Assembly (NCBI RefSeq): GCF_004010195.1
Contig: NC_057719.1
Location: 5,799,319 to 5,819,318, forward strand
Direction: 5' to 3'
Length of the DNA stretch: 20,000 nucleotides
Source of the DNA: Chiloscyllium plagiosum
Taxonomy: Eukaryota
Below the pieces are notes generated by a model that worked only from the letters and a program-made list of their open reading frames with translations, ran no database searches and was not told the DNA's origin. Position 1 is the first letter of the stretch, and each line of letters begins with the position of its first letter. Below, in pieces: positions 10,976-20,000 of the stretch. The position numbers and the translations under genes were made by a program.

Positions 10976-12164
10976 TTTTAAAAAGTACAGATAAAAGTGA
11001 TGTGTTGTGTAAATCTGATGGTAAAGTTCTGAAATTATTTCAAAGTTGCTTGTTAGTGTATGTAGTTCACAGTTTCTTTTCTCCTCTGCTATGATGATCA
11101 TTCTTCTTTCCTGTGTCCCTTACTTTATTCAGTCTGTATTCCATTACTTTTTTTCTTCAAACCTGGCCATGCGGTACAGGTCCATTGAATAGAATGAGCC
11201 CTTTTGTTTGGAAGATTTATTTTTGCTGAGTGGTATAGCTTTCATTGTTTTTGGAATAACAAAAATAGCGTGAATTTCATCTAGTGGCTACATTTTTAGG
11301 TTATAGGTTGATGTAGAAGTGTTATTGCTTAAAATGTACATCTTACAAACCCTTAGGCCCAGAACTGTGTTCTATAGGATCACACTTAGTGCCTTCCAAC
11401 CTTTGCTTGTCTGTAAACTACAAGCATTCAATGTAACAACACAAATATTATGTAAATATCAAAGCTGTCTCATACTTGTCTTATAGACGTAATCAAGATT
11501 ATACCATTCATTTTGGTCATTGTGTTTAAAATGTTCAAGAACAGTTTTGGAGTATGCAGATAGCTAAATTCAGGACTTAAATTTATCTATCTAATTTCCC
11601 TTTCTACTATACTGATCTGTATTGGAATATATTTTCATGGACATTGGATGCTATCCATCGCCCTGTTGAACTGGTTATGCTTCATGTCTGAGCCCTTGGC
11701 AGTAAGTGTCAACAATCTGTCTGATTGAGGAATCACAGCTGACCCTTGATACTCAATCTCACAGTCGCTTGCAAGACATCTTTCTTATCACTGTTGTACA
11801 GCAGTGTGGAATAGAGTTGATTAGAAGCCAGCAACATCGAAAAGAGAACAAATCAAAGTGCGCTATCCATGAACAGTTCTTAGTCACAAGTTAGAGCAGC
11901 TGTAACAGAGATCTGGATACAGGCCAAAAATATTAACTTCAGTGAGAGACAAAAGAAAAGTTGAAACAATACCATTAGTATAATTTATGCTGTGTAAAGC
12001 ATATGAAGTTTGAGCTGTAACTTTTTAAACAAAAGTTTTTAAATTCAGCTAACTCTGAAAGTGAAGAAGGTCAACAAGGCATGGTGCAGGAGGTATGGAG
12101 GGTGTGCGGATAAGTTCTATAAGCAGACCGTTAGTGGTTTTGTAGCTCAGAAACTGATTATTTT

Positions 12165-12262
12165 CTGGAAAAAAAGGCACACTTAGGCAAAGTTCTTTTT
12201 TAATCTTGAGCTCATCAGGCCAATTCACACAAATACGAAATTCGAGGGGAGAATTCAGTATA
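12165..12262 (-). mobile_element. Possible Penelope-type terminal fragment with HHR relic
   Basis: Minus strand GGC-CTGATGA-GCTCAAGATTAAAAAAGAACTTT-GCC; CTGATGA (12212-12218) is intact but the GAAA box is lost. Confidence 0.3.
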
Positions 12263-13389
12263 GGAAGGGAAGAATTGCTGCATTTTCGCCTCTAATGTTT
12301 GGAGCGGTTGATATAGTTTGAGGTAAAATTTTAACTTATAGAGAAAGAAAAAAGACGAAAAAAATGTAAATAAAATAGACTAAACAGATTGTGTATTTGG
12401 AGTGCAGTATGGGACTCTGTGGACCAGGAACCTGTCTTGATGGAACACATTTGCAGTAGAGGATTTAACTGGGGAAAAAAACAGCATTATTTACAAGCAG
12501 GTTTTTGGGCCCATAAGTACATAGCCAGTCTGATGCCGGGATAAGAGATATCTCAAACCAGTTTGAAATGATATACGGGGGTTAAAATCTCTGAATTATT
12601 CGCCAATGCATGTGAAAATTAACGCAGGTAAGGAATGTAATGCACATGGTTGAAGAAGTGATGTAAATTTGGCATCAATATTGAGACAGGATAGCTGTGA
12701 TATTAGGATGGACATCAGAGTTTTGGGTGAAAATGTTAATGGTTGTGATTCGGGTGTCAGAGAAGAATGCTCGGATAGAAAAAAAAATAGTTGTTTTATT
12801 TATAGATTAAATGCAAAAGAAATAAGACCAGAGTGGTCAGAAGTTATGGTTTACACATAGATTGGTAAACCAGGAAGAGGAGATAAACATGTGAAGACCG
12901 CATTGGACCTGAAGGGCAAATTCGACTATGTGATCCACAAAAGCTATCGTTTATGCAAGCACACATTGTAAAAGTAACAAATTGAATGAATTACAGATCT
13001 AAATTCATCTTGGAAGGAATGATGCGGTGGCTATTACTAAGTATGAGTCTAAATGACCATAAGACATAGGAACAGAAATTAGGCCATTCAGCCCATCATG
13101 TCTGTTCTGCCATTCAATCGTGGCTGATAATTTTCTCAACCCCCATTCTCCTGCTTTCTCCCCATAAACCTTGATCCTCTTGATACTCAAGAACCTATCT
13201 ATCTCAGTCTTAAATATACTCAATGACCTGGCCTCCGTTGTCTTCTGTGGCAATGCATTCCATCAATTCACCACTTTCTGGCTGAAGAAGTTTCTCCTTA
13301 CCTCCGTCTTAAAAGGTCCAGCCTTTACTCTAAGGCTCTGCCCTCGGGTCTCTACCACTGGAAGCATCTTCCCAGGATCTACTCAGTCC

Positions 13390-13696
13390 TCTGGGACTCT
13401 GGGACACCCGGACCAACCAACCCAACCACCCTGTGGCTCAACACTTCAACTCCCCCTCTCACTCCACCAAGGATATGCAGGTCATTGGACTCCTCCATCG
13501 CCAGACCACAACAACACGACGGTTGGAATTGCATTTCCGACACCCCTCCCCCAAGTCCCTCCTCCCTACCTTTTATCTTAGCCTGCTGGACAAACGTTCC
13601 TCATTCCTGAAGAAGGGCTTATGCCCGAAACGTCGATTCTCCTGTTCCCTGGATGCTGCCTGACCTGCTGCGCTTTTCCAGCAACACATTTTCAGC
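13390..13696 (+). mobile_element. Penelope-like element fragment (GIY-YIG C-terminal part fused to the 3' terminal region)
   Basis: WDTRTNQPNHPVAQHFNSPSHSTKDMQVIGLLHRQTTTTRRLE matches the C-terminal half of Penelope GIY-YIG endonucleases. Flanked by TCTACTCAGTCC 13378-13389 and TCTACTAAGTCC 13697-13708. Confidence 0.85.
13603..13638 (+). ncRNA. Minimal type I hammerhead ribozyme motif, intact core
   Basis: ATTC-CTGAAGA(13607-13613)-A-GGGC-TTAT-GCCC-GAAA(13627-13630)-CGTC-GATT; perfect 4-bp stem II, palindromic ACGT stem III, predicted cut after C13634. Confidence 0.75.
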
Positions 13697-16617
13697 TCTA
13701 CTAAGTCCAGGCCATTCAGTATTCTGTATGTTTCAATTCGATCCCCGCTTGTCTTTCTAAACTCCATTGAGTACAATTCCAGAGTCCTGAAACGTTCCTC
13801 ATATGTTAAGCTTTTAATTCCTTAGACCATTCTTATGAATATCCTATGAACACGCTCCAGTACATCCTTCTTGAGATATGGGGCCCAAACCTGTGCACAA
13901 TACTCCAAATGTGGTCTGGCCAGAACCTTCTAGAGCCTCAGAAATACATCCCTGCTTTTATATTCAAATCATCTTAAAATAAATGCCAACATTGCATTTG
14001 TCTTCCTAACTACTGACTCCCCTGCATGTTTACCTTTAGATAGTCCTTGACTAGAATTCCCAAGTCTCTCTGCAATTCAGTCTTCTGAATTTTCTCCCCA
14101 TTTAGAAAATCGTCCATGTCTCTCTTCGTCCTACCAAAGTGCATGATTTCACAATTTCCCAAGTTGTATTCCATCTGCCGCTTGTTTGCCCAGTCTCCTA
14201 ATCCTTCTGCAGCCTCCCTGTCTCCTCAGTGTTACCTGTCCCTCTACCTATCTTTGTATCATCTGCAAACTTAGCCAGAATGCCCTCCATTCCTTCATCC
14301 AAATAATTAATGTATAAATGAAAACTTGTGGGCCCAGCACTGAGCCTTGCAGAACACCATTTGTCACTGGCTGCCATCCCAAGAAGGACCCTTTTATCCA
14401 GACTTCGTTTTCTGCAAGACAAGCTTCTATCCATGCTAGCACTTGCCTCTGACACCATGAACCCTTATTTTATTTAGTAGCCTCTTGTGCGGAACTTTGT
14501 CAAAAATATTCTTGAAGTCCAGTATCCATTGGCTCTCCTTGGTCTCGAACCTGCTCGTTACTTCCTCAAAGAATTCTAGCAGATTTGTCAGTCATGACCT
14601 TCCCTTGATGAAACCATGCTGATTTTGCCTTATTTCACCATTCACTTCCAAATATTCAGAAATCGAATCGTTCACAATGGATTCCAGTATCTTTCCCACG
14701 ACCGAGGTTCGGCTAATCAGTCTGTAATTTTCCATCTTATGCCTCACTTCTTTTTTAAACAGGGTGTCATGTTAGCGATTTTCCAGTCCGCTGGGACCCT
14801 CCCTGATTCTAGTGATTCCTGAAAGATCATCACCAACACCTCCACTATCTCTTCAGCTATCTTCCTTAGAACTCTGGGGTGTAGTCCATCTAGTCCAGGT
14901 GATTTATCCACCTTCAGGCCATTCAATTTTTCTAGCATCTTCTCCTTGGTAATACAAAGAACAAAGAAAATTTACAGCCCAGGAACAGGCCCTTCTGCCC
15001 TCCAAGCCTGAGCCGATCCAAATGTACTGTCTAAACCTGTCGGTCAATTCCTAAGCATCTGTATCCCTCTGCTCCCCACCTACTCATGCATCTATCCAGA
15101 CGCATCTGAATTGAATCTACCATGCCTGCCTCTACCATCTCTGCAACGCGTTCCAAACGCCCACCACCGTCTGTGTGAAGTACTTGCCGCGTGTATCCCC
15201 CTTAAACTTTCCACCTCTCACCTTGAAAGCATGACCTCTCGTTATTGAATCCTTCACCCTGGGAAAAAGCTTGTCTCTACCCACCCTGTCTATACCCTTT
15301 ATGATTTTGTAAGCCTCAATCAGGTGCCCCCTCAATCTCCTTTTTTCTAGTGAAAATAAACCTAAACCTACTCAACCTCTCTTCATAGCTAGCACCTTCC
15401 ATACCAGGCAACATCCTCATAAACCTTCTCTGCGCTCTCTCCAAAGTGTCCACATCCTTTTGGTAATGTGGCGCCCAGAACTGTACACAGTATTCTAAAT
15501 GCGGCCAAACCAAAGTCTTGTACAATTTTAACATGACCTGCCAGCTCTTACACTCAATACCCCATTCAATGAAGGCAAGCATACTATATGCCTACTTGAC
15601 CACTCTATCCACCTGTGCAGCAACCTTCAGGGTACAATGGACCTGCACTTCCAAATCTCTCTGCCCATCAACTTTCCCAAGTCTCTTCCATTCATTGTGT
15701 AATTCGATCTAGAATTAGACTTGCTGAAATGCATCACCTCACATTTATCTGGATTGAAAGCCATCGGCCACTTTTCTGCCCAACTCTCCAGTCTATCTAT
15801 ATCCTCCTGTATTCTCTGACAGTCCCTTATGCTTTCTGCTACTCACCAATCTTTATGTCATCTGCAAACTTGCTGATCATACCAACAGTGCCCTCTTCCA
15901 GATCATTTATGTATATTAAAAACAACCGTGGCCCCACCACTTATCCCTGTGGAACACCACTGGTCACCTTTCATCATTTTGAGAAACTCCCTTCAACTAC
16001 TACTCTCTGTCTCCTGTTGCTCAACCAGTTCTTTATCCACCGAGCTAGAACACCCTGCACACCATGTGACTTCACTTTCTCTATTAGTCTACAATGGGGA
16101 ACCTTATCAAACGCCTTACTACAGTCCATGTATATGACATCAACAGCCCTTCCTTCATCTAACAACTCAAAGAAGTCTATTAAGTTGGTAAGGCCTGATT
16201 TCCCCTGTACAAAGCCATGTTGCCCATCACTGATAAACTCATTCTTTTCCAAATATAAATAGATCCTATCTCTCAGTACCCTCTCCAGCAACTTCCCCAC
16301 CACCGACGTCAGGCTCACTGGTCTGTATTTACCCGGAATATCCCTACTACCCTTCTTGTACAGGGGGACAACATGGGCAACCTTCCAGTCCTCCGGCACC
16401 TCACCTGTATTTAAGGATGCCACAAAGATATCTGTCAGGGTCCCAGATATTTCATCTCTCACCTCCCTTAGCAACCTGGGATAGATCCCAACCAGTCCTG
16501 GGGATTTGTCCACCTTAATAACCTCTAGCATACCCAACACATCTTCCCGACTTATGTCAATGTGATCCAGACTAATCGAATGTCTATCTCTAATCTCAAG
16601 ATTCATCATGTTCCTCT

Positions 16618-16632
16618 NNNNNNNNNNNNNNN
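16618..16632. other. Assembly gap (15 N, true size larger)
   Basis: The 3' two-thirds of the adjacent HE1 and part of the CR1 ORF2 are missing across it. Confidence 0.95.
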
Positions 16633-16733
16633 ACGTGCAAACTCCACACAGTCAGTCGCCTGAGGCGGGAATTGAACCCGGGTCTCAGGCGCTGTGAGGC
16701 AGCAGTGCTAACCACTGTGCCACCGTGCCGCCC
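16633..16733 (-). mobile_element. HE1-type SINE 5' part (remainder in the gap)
   Basis: Matches 262-362 with a single visible substitution. Confidence 0.92.
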
Positions 16734-18829
16734 GTTTCCTTAATTCTACTTGCTAAAGCTATTTCATGACCCCTTTTAGCCCGCTTGATTGCTTGTTTAA
16801 GACTTGTTCTACTCTTCCGATATTCCTCCAGGGCCCGTTCTGTTCTTAGCTTATGTTCACTTCCTTATGTTCACTTCCCTTTTCCTCTTGGCTAGTTGTA
16901 CAATTTCTCCTGTCATCCATGGTTCATGTATCTTACCCTTCCTATCCTTTGCCTTCAACGTGACATGCCTATCCTGCACTACCACTAACCTATCTTTGAA
17001 AGCCTCCCACATCCCAAATGTGGACTTCCCCTCAAATAGCTGTGTCCAATCCACATTTCCCAACTCCTGCATAATTTTGATATAATTGGCTTTGGCTCAT
17101 TTTAGTACTCTTCCCTTAGGATCACTCTCTTCTTTATCTACAAGTATTCTAAAACATACAGAATTGTGGTCACTGTTCCCAAAGAAACCCCCCACCGCAA
17201 CTTCTATCACCTGTCCTGCCTCGTTCCCCAGTATCAGGTCCAATATGGCCCCTTCCCTCGTCGGACTATTGACTTACTGCTCTAGAAGAATGGCCACCAT
17301 ATTCAGCTCTACCTTCCAACTTTCTTTAATTTTTGGGAAATTACTCCTGTCATCCACTGTGAGGACTGATGCGAAGTAATTATTCAGTTCCTCAATCATT
17401 TCCTTGTTCCCCAGTGTCTATTTCTCCAGTGTCATTTTCCAGCAGCCCGATGTCCACTTTTGCCTCTGTTTTGCCATTTATATATGTGAAGAAACTCTTG
17501 CAGTCTTCCTTTATATAACTGGCTAGCTTACCCTCATATTTAATCTTCTGCCTTTTTTTTGTGGCCCTCTATTGGTCTTTGTAAGCTTCCCAGTCCTCTA
17601 GTTTATCACCCTTCGCTACTTCGCATGCTTTCTCTTTTACTTTTATGCTGTCCCAGACTTCCCTAGTCAGCCACGGTTGTCTTATTCTCCCTGCATCATG
17701 TTTCTTTTTCCTCAAGATGAATCTTTGCTGTGTCTCCTGAATTACTCCCAGAAACCCTTGTCTTTTCTGTAAGGCTCCTCTCCCAGTCAATTCTATCCAG
17801 CTCCTCCCTCATACCTCAATAGTTGCCTTTGTTCAGCTATAATACTATTACCTTTGATTTTATCTTCTCCCTCTCAAATTGCAGAGTAAATTCAATCGTA
17901 TTATGATCACTGCCTCCTAAGGGTTCCTACACCTTAAGCTCCCTTACCAAGTCTGTCTCATTACACAGCACTAAATCCATATTGCTTGGTCCCTAATGGG
18001 CTCCAACACAAGCTGTTCCAAAAAGCCATCTCGCAGGGCTTCCACAAATTCCTTTTCTTGCAATCCACTACCAACCTGATTTTCCCAGTCCACCTGCATA
18101 TTGAAGTCCCCCATGATCATTAGGTTCATGACTAGGAATTAAATTCTGCACCTTACACAAAGATAGGAATCATGATAATTGACATAAAGAAGTAGGGTGC
18201 TAGCTAATGGGAAGGTGCAAAGATTGTCAAAACAGATGATAAGAACTACAAAAGAGAGTCTAAAGAGAAATATGCCAATATTCACTCATTTAACTGGTAA
18301 AGTGGTATTTGCTGTGTGCAGGGTTAGTTGGATTTTTTTCGTAAAATTACTTATCTGAGGTTAATGTGATCAGAGCTTGGAGTTATCAAAGCACTTTTGT
18401 TGATTTTATGCATTGACGTGGAGCAGGGGAGATTAAATTCAGAACCAACTAGCAATTTATTTGATAGTATAACAGTGATCATCATGTTGAGAATAGGGGC
18501 AGATCTTGCAGTCAAACACCATTTAGTTTTCATTGCTTCTTGAGCAGAATGATATAAAAATAAAATAATTTATGGTCAAAGTTGGGATGATATAATGCTC
18601 AAGGGCCTATGCAAACTCTTAGTTATTACACTAAGAGCATGCTATTTGTAACACCAAAGGGACTCACCTAAGTTTTGCAAATTGAACTGGTTGACTTTTG
18701 TCCTTCCTCTTGACAGTACATGAAAGCCAAATGGACTTGTAAAGTGGAATCGTTTGGTCAGCTGAATTAATTCCATAGCATTAATATGGTGCTCAAATTA
18801 TATAGCTTCCAAGTTATCTTAGGTAGTAG

Positions 18830-19026
18830 CGAGTTTTGAGAAGATTTGTAGTTCAGGTTGAGGTTCTGGATGTAGGTTTGCTCGCTGAGCTGGAAGGTTC
18901 GTTTCCAGATGTTTTGTCACCATACTAGGTAACATCTTCATGTTACCTGCCAGGAGATGTTACCTGGTTGGGTGACGAAACATCTGGAAAATAATCTTTC
19001 AGCTCAGCGAGCAAACCTACATCCAG
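18830..19026. mobile_element. Fold-back Penelope-derived mini-element with two inverted HHR relics
   Basis: 72-bp inverted arms 18866-18937 and 18955-19026 (8 mismatches); direct repeat TATCTTAGGTAGTAG at 18815-18829 and 19027-19041; (C)AGGAGA-T-GTTACC-N6-GGTGAC-GAAA-CATC on + and its counterpart on -. Confidence 0.8.
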
Positions 19027-19263
19027 TATCTTAGGTAGTAGTTAGGATGCTGCAATCCACCCAGATTTATTTTGTCAACTCAAGTGTTGTAATCCTGCAC
19101 TTTTCCCCCTTACCTGCTACTGTCAGATTCAAATTTTCATGTTTTGAAGTGTAACTACTTATCGTACTGTTGTGTTAACTAGAGGCTGCAATGTATACTA
19201 GTTACAGAATGTATTGCAGCAACTTACCAATGTTTTCTTGGCAGCCCCTGTCAAACACAGCCT

Positions 19264-19362
19264 CTCCTGATGAAGGGCTCCTTCCGAAATTTCGATTTTC
19301 CTGCCTCTCGAATGCTGCCTGACCTGCTGTGCATTTCCTGCATCACTCTAATCTTGACTCTC
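19264..19362 (+). mobile_element. Penelope-derived terminal fragment starting at an HHR motif
   Basis: CTGATGA(19267-19273)-A-GGG-CTCCT-TCC-GAAA(19286-19289)-TTTC followed by ATGCTGCCTGACCTGCTGTG, as in 13653-13671. Confidence 0.72.
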
Positions 19363-19365
19363 TCA

Positions 19366-19476
19366 CTAGAATACAAGGGTAATAGGCACATGGGAATACA
19401 CTCCTCCACCTTCCTCGCCCAAAAAAACATTGAACCTCATTCTGATTTCTGTATGTCCTTACCCAACAGCACTGTG
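19366..19476 (+). mobile_element. Decayed 3' UTR fragment of the LINE family at 7388-7917
   Basis: CTAGAATACAAGGGT...ATGGGAATACAC...CCCAACAGCACTGTG loosely parallels 7629-7785. Confidence 0.35.
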
Positions 19477-19502
19477 TGACCAGATTTACTCATTCAACAC
19501 TT

Positions 19503-19705
19503 TTAAATTCGATTTATTAATGTCTTGTGTACCTAGGTACAGGGTGAAAAGTTTGTTTTGTGTGCTGTAAAGGCAGATCATACAAAGTGTATTTGTGTAT
19601 TAGAACAGAGTGAGTAATACAATGTTATGGCTGCAAAGAAGGCACACAAAGAACGAGATCAACATTAAGTTTAAAATTTGAGAGGTCCATTCAGAAGTCT
19701 AATAA
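19503..19705 (-). mobile_element. LINE 3' UTR fragment (L2/Rex1-like)
   Basis: GATTTATTAATGTCTTGTGTACC...ACAGGGTGAAAAGTTTG pattern (minus-strand AATAAA terminus) recalled from fish and shark LINE 3' ends; cut off by the next CR1. Confidence 0.5.
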
Positions 19706-19707
19706 TC

Positions 19708-19956
19708 AATAGACAATAGGTGCAGGAGTAGGCCATTCAGCCCTTCAAGCCTGCACCACCATTCAACATGATCATGGCTGATCATGCAATTTCAGTTTCC
19801 CACTCCCTCACTCTCTCCATACCCCTTGATCCCTTTAGCTGCAAGGGCCAAGTCCAGCTCCCTCATGAATATATCTAATAAACTGGCCCCAACAGCTTCC
19901 TGTGGTAGAAAATTCCACAGGTTCATAAATGTCTGAGTGACGAAATTCTTCCTCAC
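19708..19956 (-). mobile_element. CR1 3' end, same tail family as 8744-10003
   Basis: AATAGACAATAGGTGCAGGAGTAGGC is the exact reverse complement of 9975-10000. Confidence 0.88.
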
Positions 19957-20000
19957 CAAGGCCCTGTCATCCTTACTCCAATACTCAAATCCTCTTGCTA

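Larger units (their letters stand above)
14954..17288 (-). mobile_element. CR1/HER1-like LINE nested in the host CR1, 5'-truncated
   Basis: YRPVSLTSVVGK, QHGFVQGKSGLTNL, YMDCSKAFDKVPH, KFADD (about 15857-15871) and LYKTLVWPHLEYCVQFWAPH; (TTCTTTG)n-type tail at 14954-14970; AAT repeated at 14951-14953 and 17289-17291. Confidence 0.92.
13055..18120 (-). mobile_element. CR1 LINE (host copy), decayed ORF2 from endonuclease to 3' UTR, interrupted at 13390-13696 and 14954-17288
   Basis: MIMGDFNMQVDW at 18120 downward, KVDKSPGLDGLHPRVL at about 14875-14915, AKFADDTKIG at about 14250-14275, and a CCTATGTCTTATGGTC tail at 13055-13070. The sequence joins contiguously across both inserts. Confidence 0.92.

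Noticed and set aside
15615..16262. 215-aa plus-strand ORF
   Set aside because: Antisense shadow of the CR1 RT region.
1..20000. CRISPR array or prokaryotic operon
   Set aside because: No regularly spaced repeat-spacer array; the content is vertebrate retroelement DNA.

Overview
Eukaryotic, AT-rich, repeat-dense genomic DNA with two assembly gaps (9364-9826, 16618-16632). The repeats (HE1/V-SINE-type SINEs, CR1/HER1-type LINEs) point to a cartilaginous fish, most likely a shark; this is recognition from memory, not a database result. No intact host protein-coding gene is supported, and the longer ORFs derive from SINEs or decayed LINE ORF2. The window holds four HE1-like SINEs, several CR1 fragments including a three-level nest at 13055-18120, a second LINE family with its partner tRNA-SINE, and a Penelope-like (GIY-YIG) fragment. 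The most interesting signal is a recurring set of minimal hammerhead-ribozyme (HHR) motifs (CUGANGA-stem II-GAAA-NNUH). One has an intact core and lies in the 3' end of the Penelope insert (13607-13634). The others are decayed copies in short non-coding elements, several of them fold-back palindromes; one of these (18830-19026) carries two oppositely oriented HHR relics and a perfect 15-bp flanking duplication. A motif-dense candidate enhancer (about 1020-1160) and two weak exon candidates are also noted.
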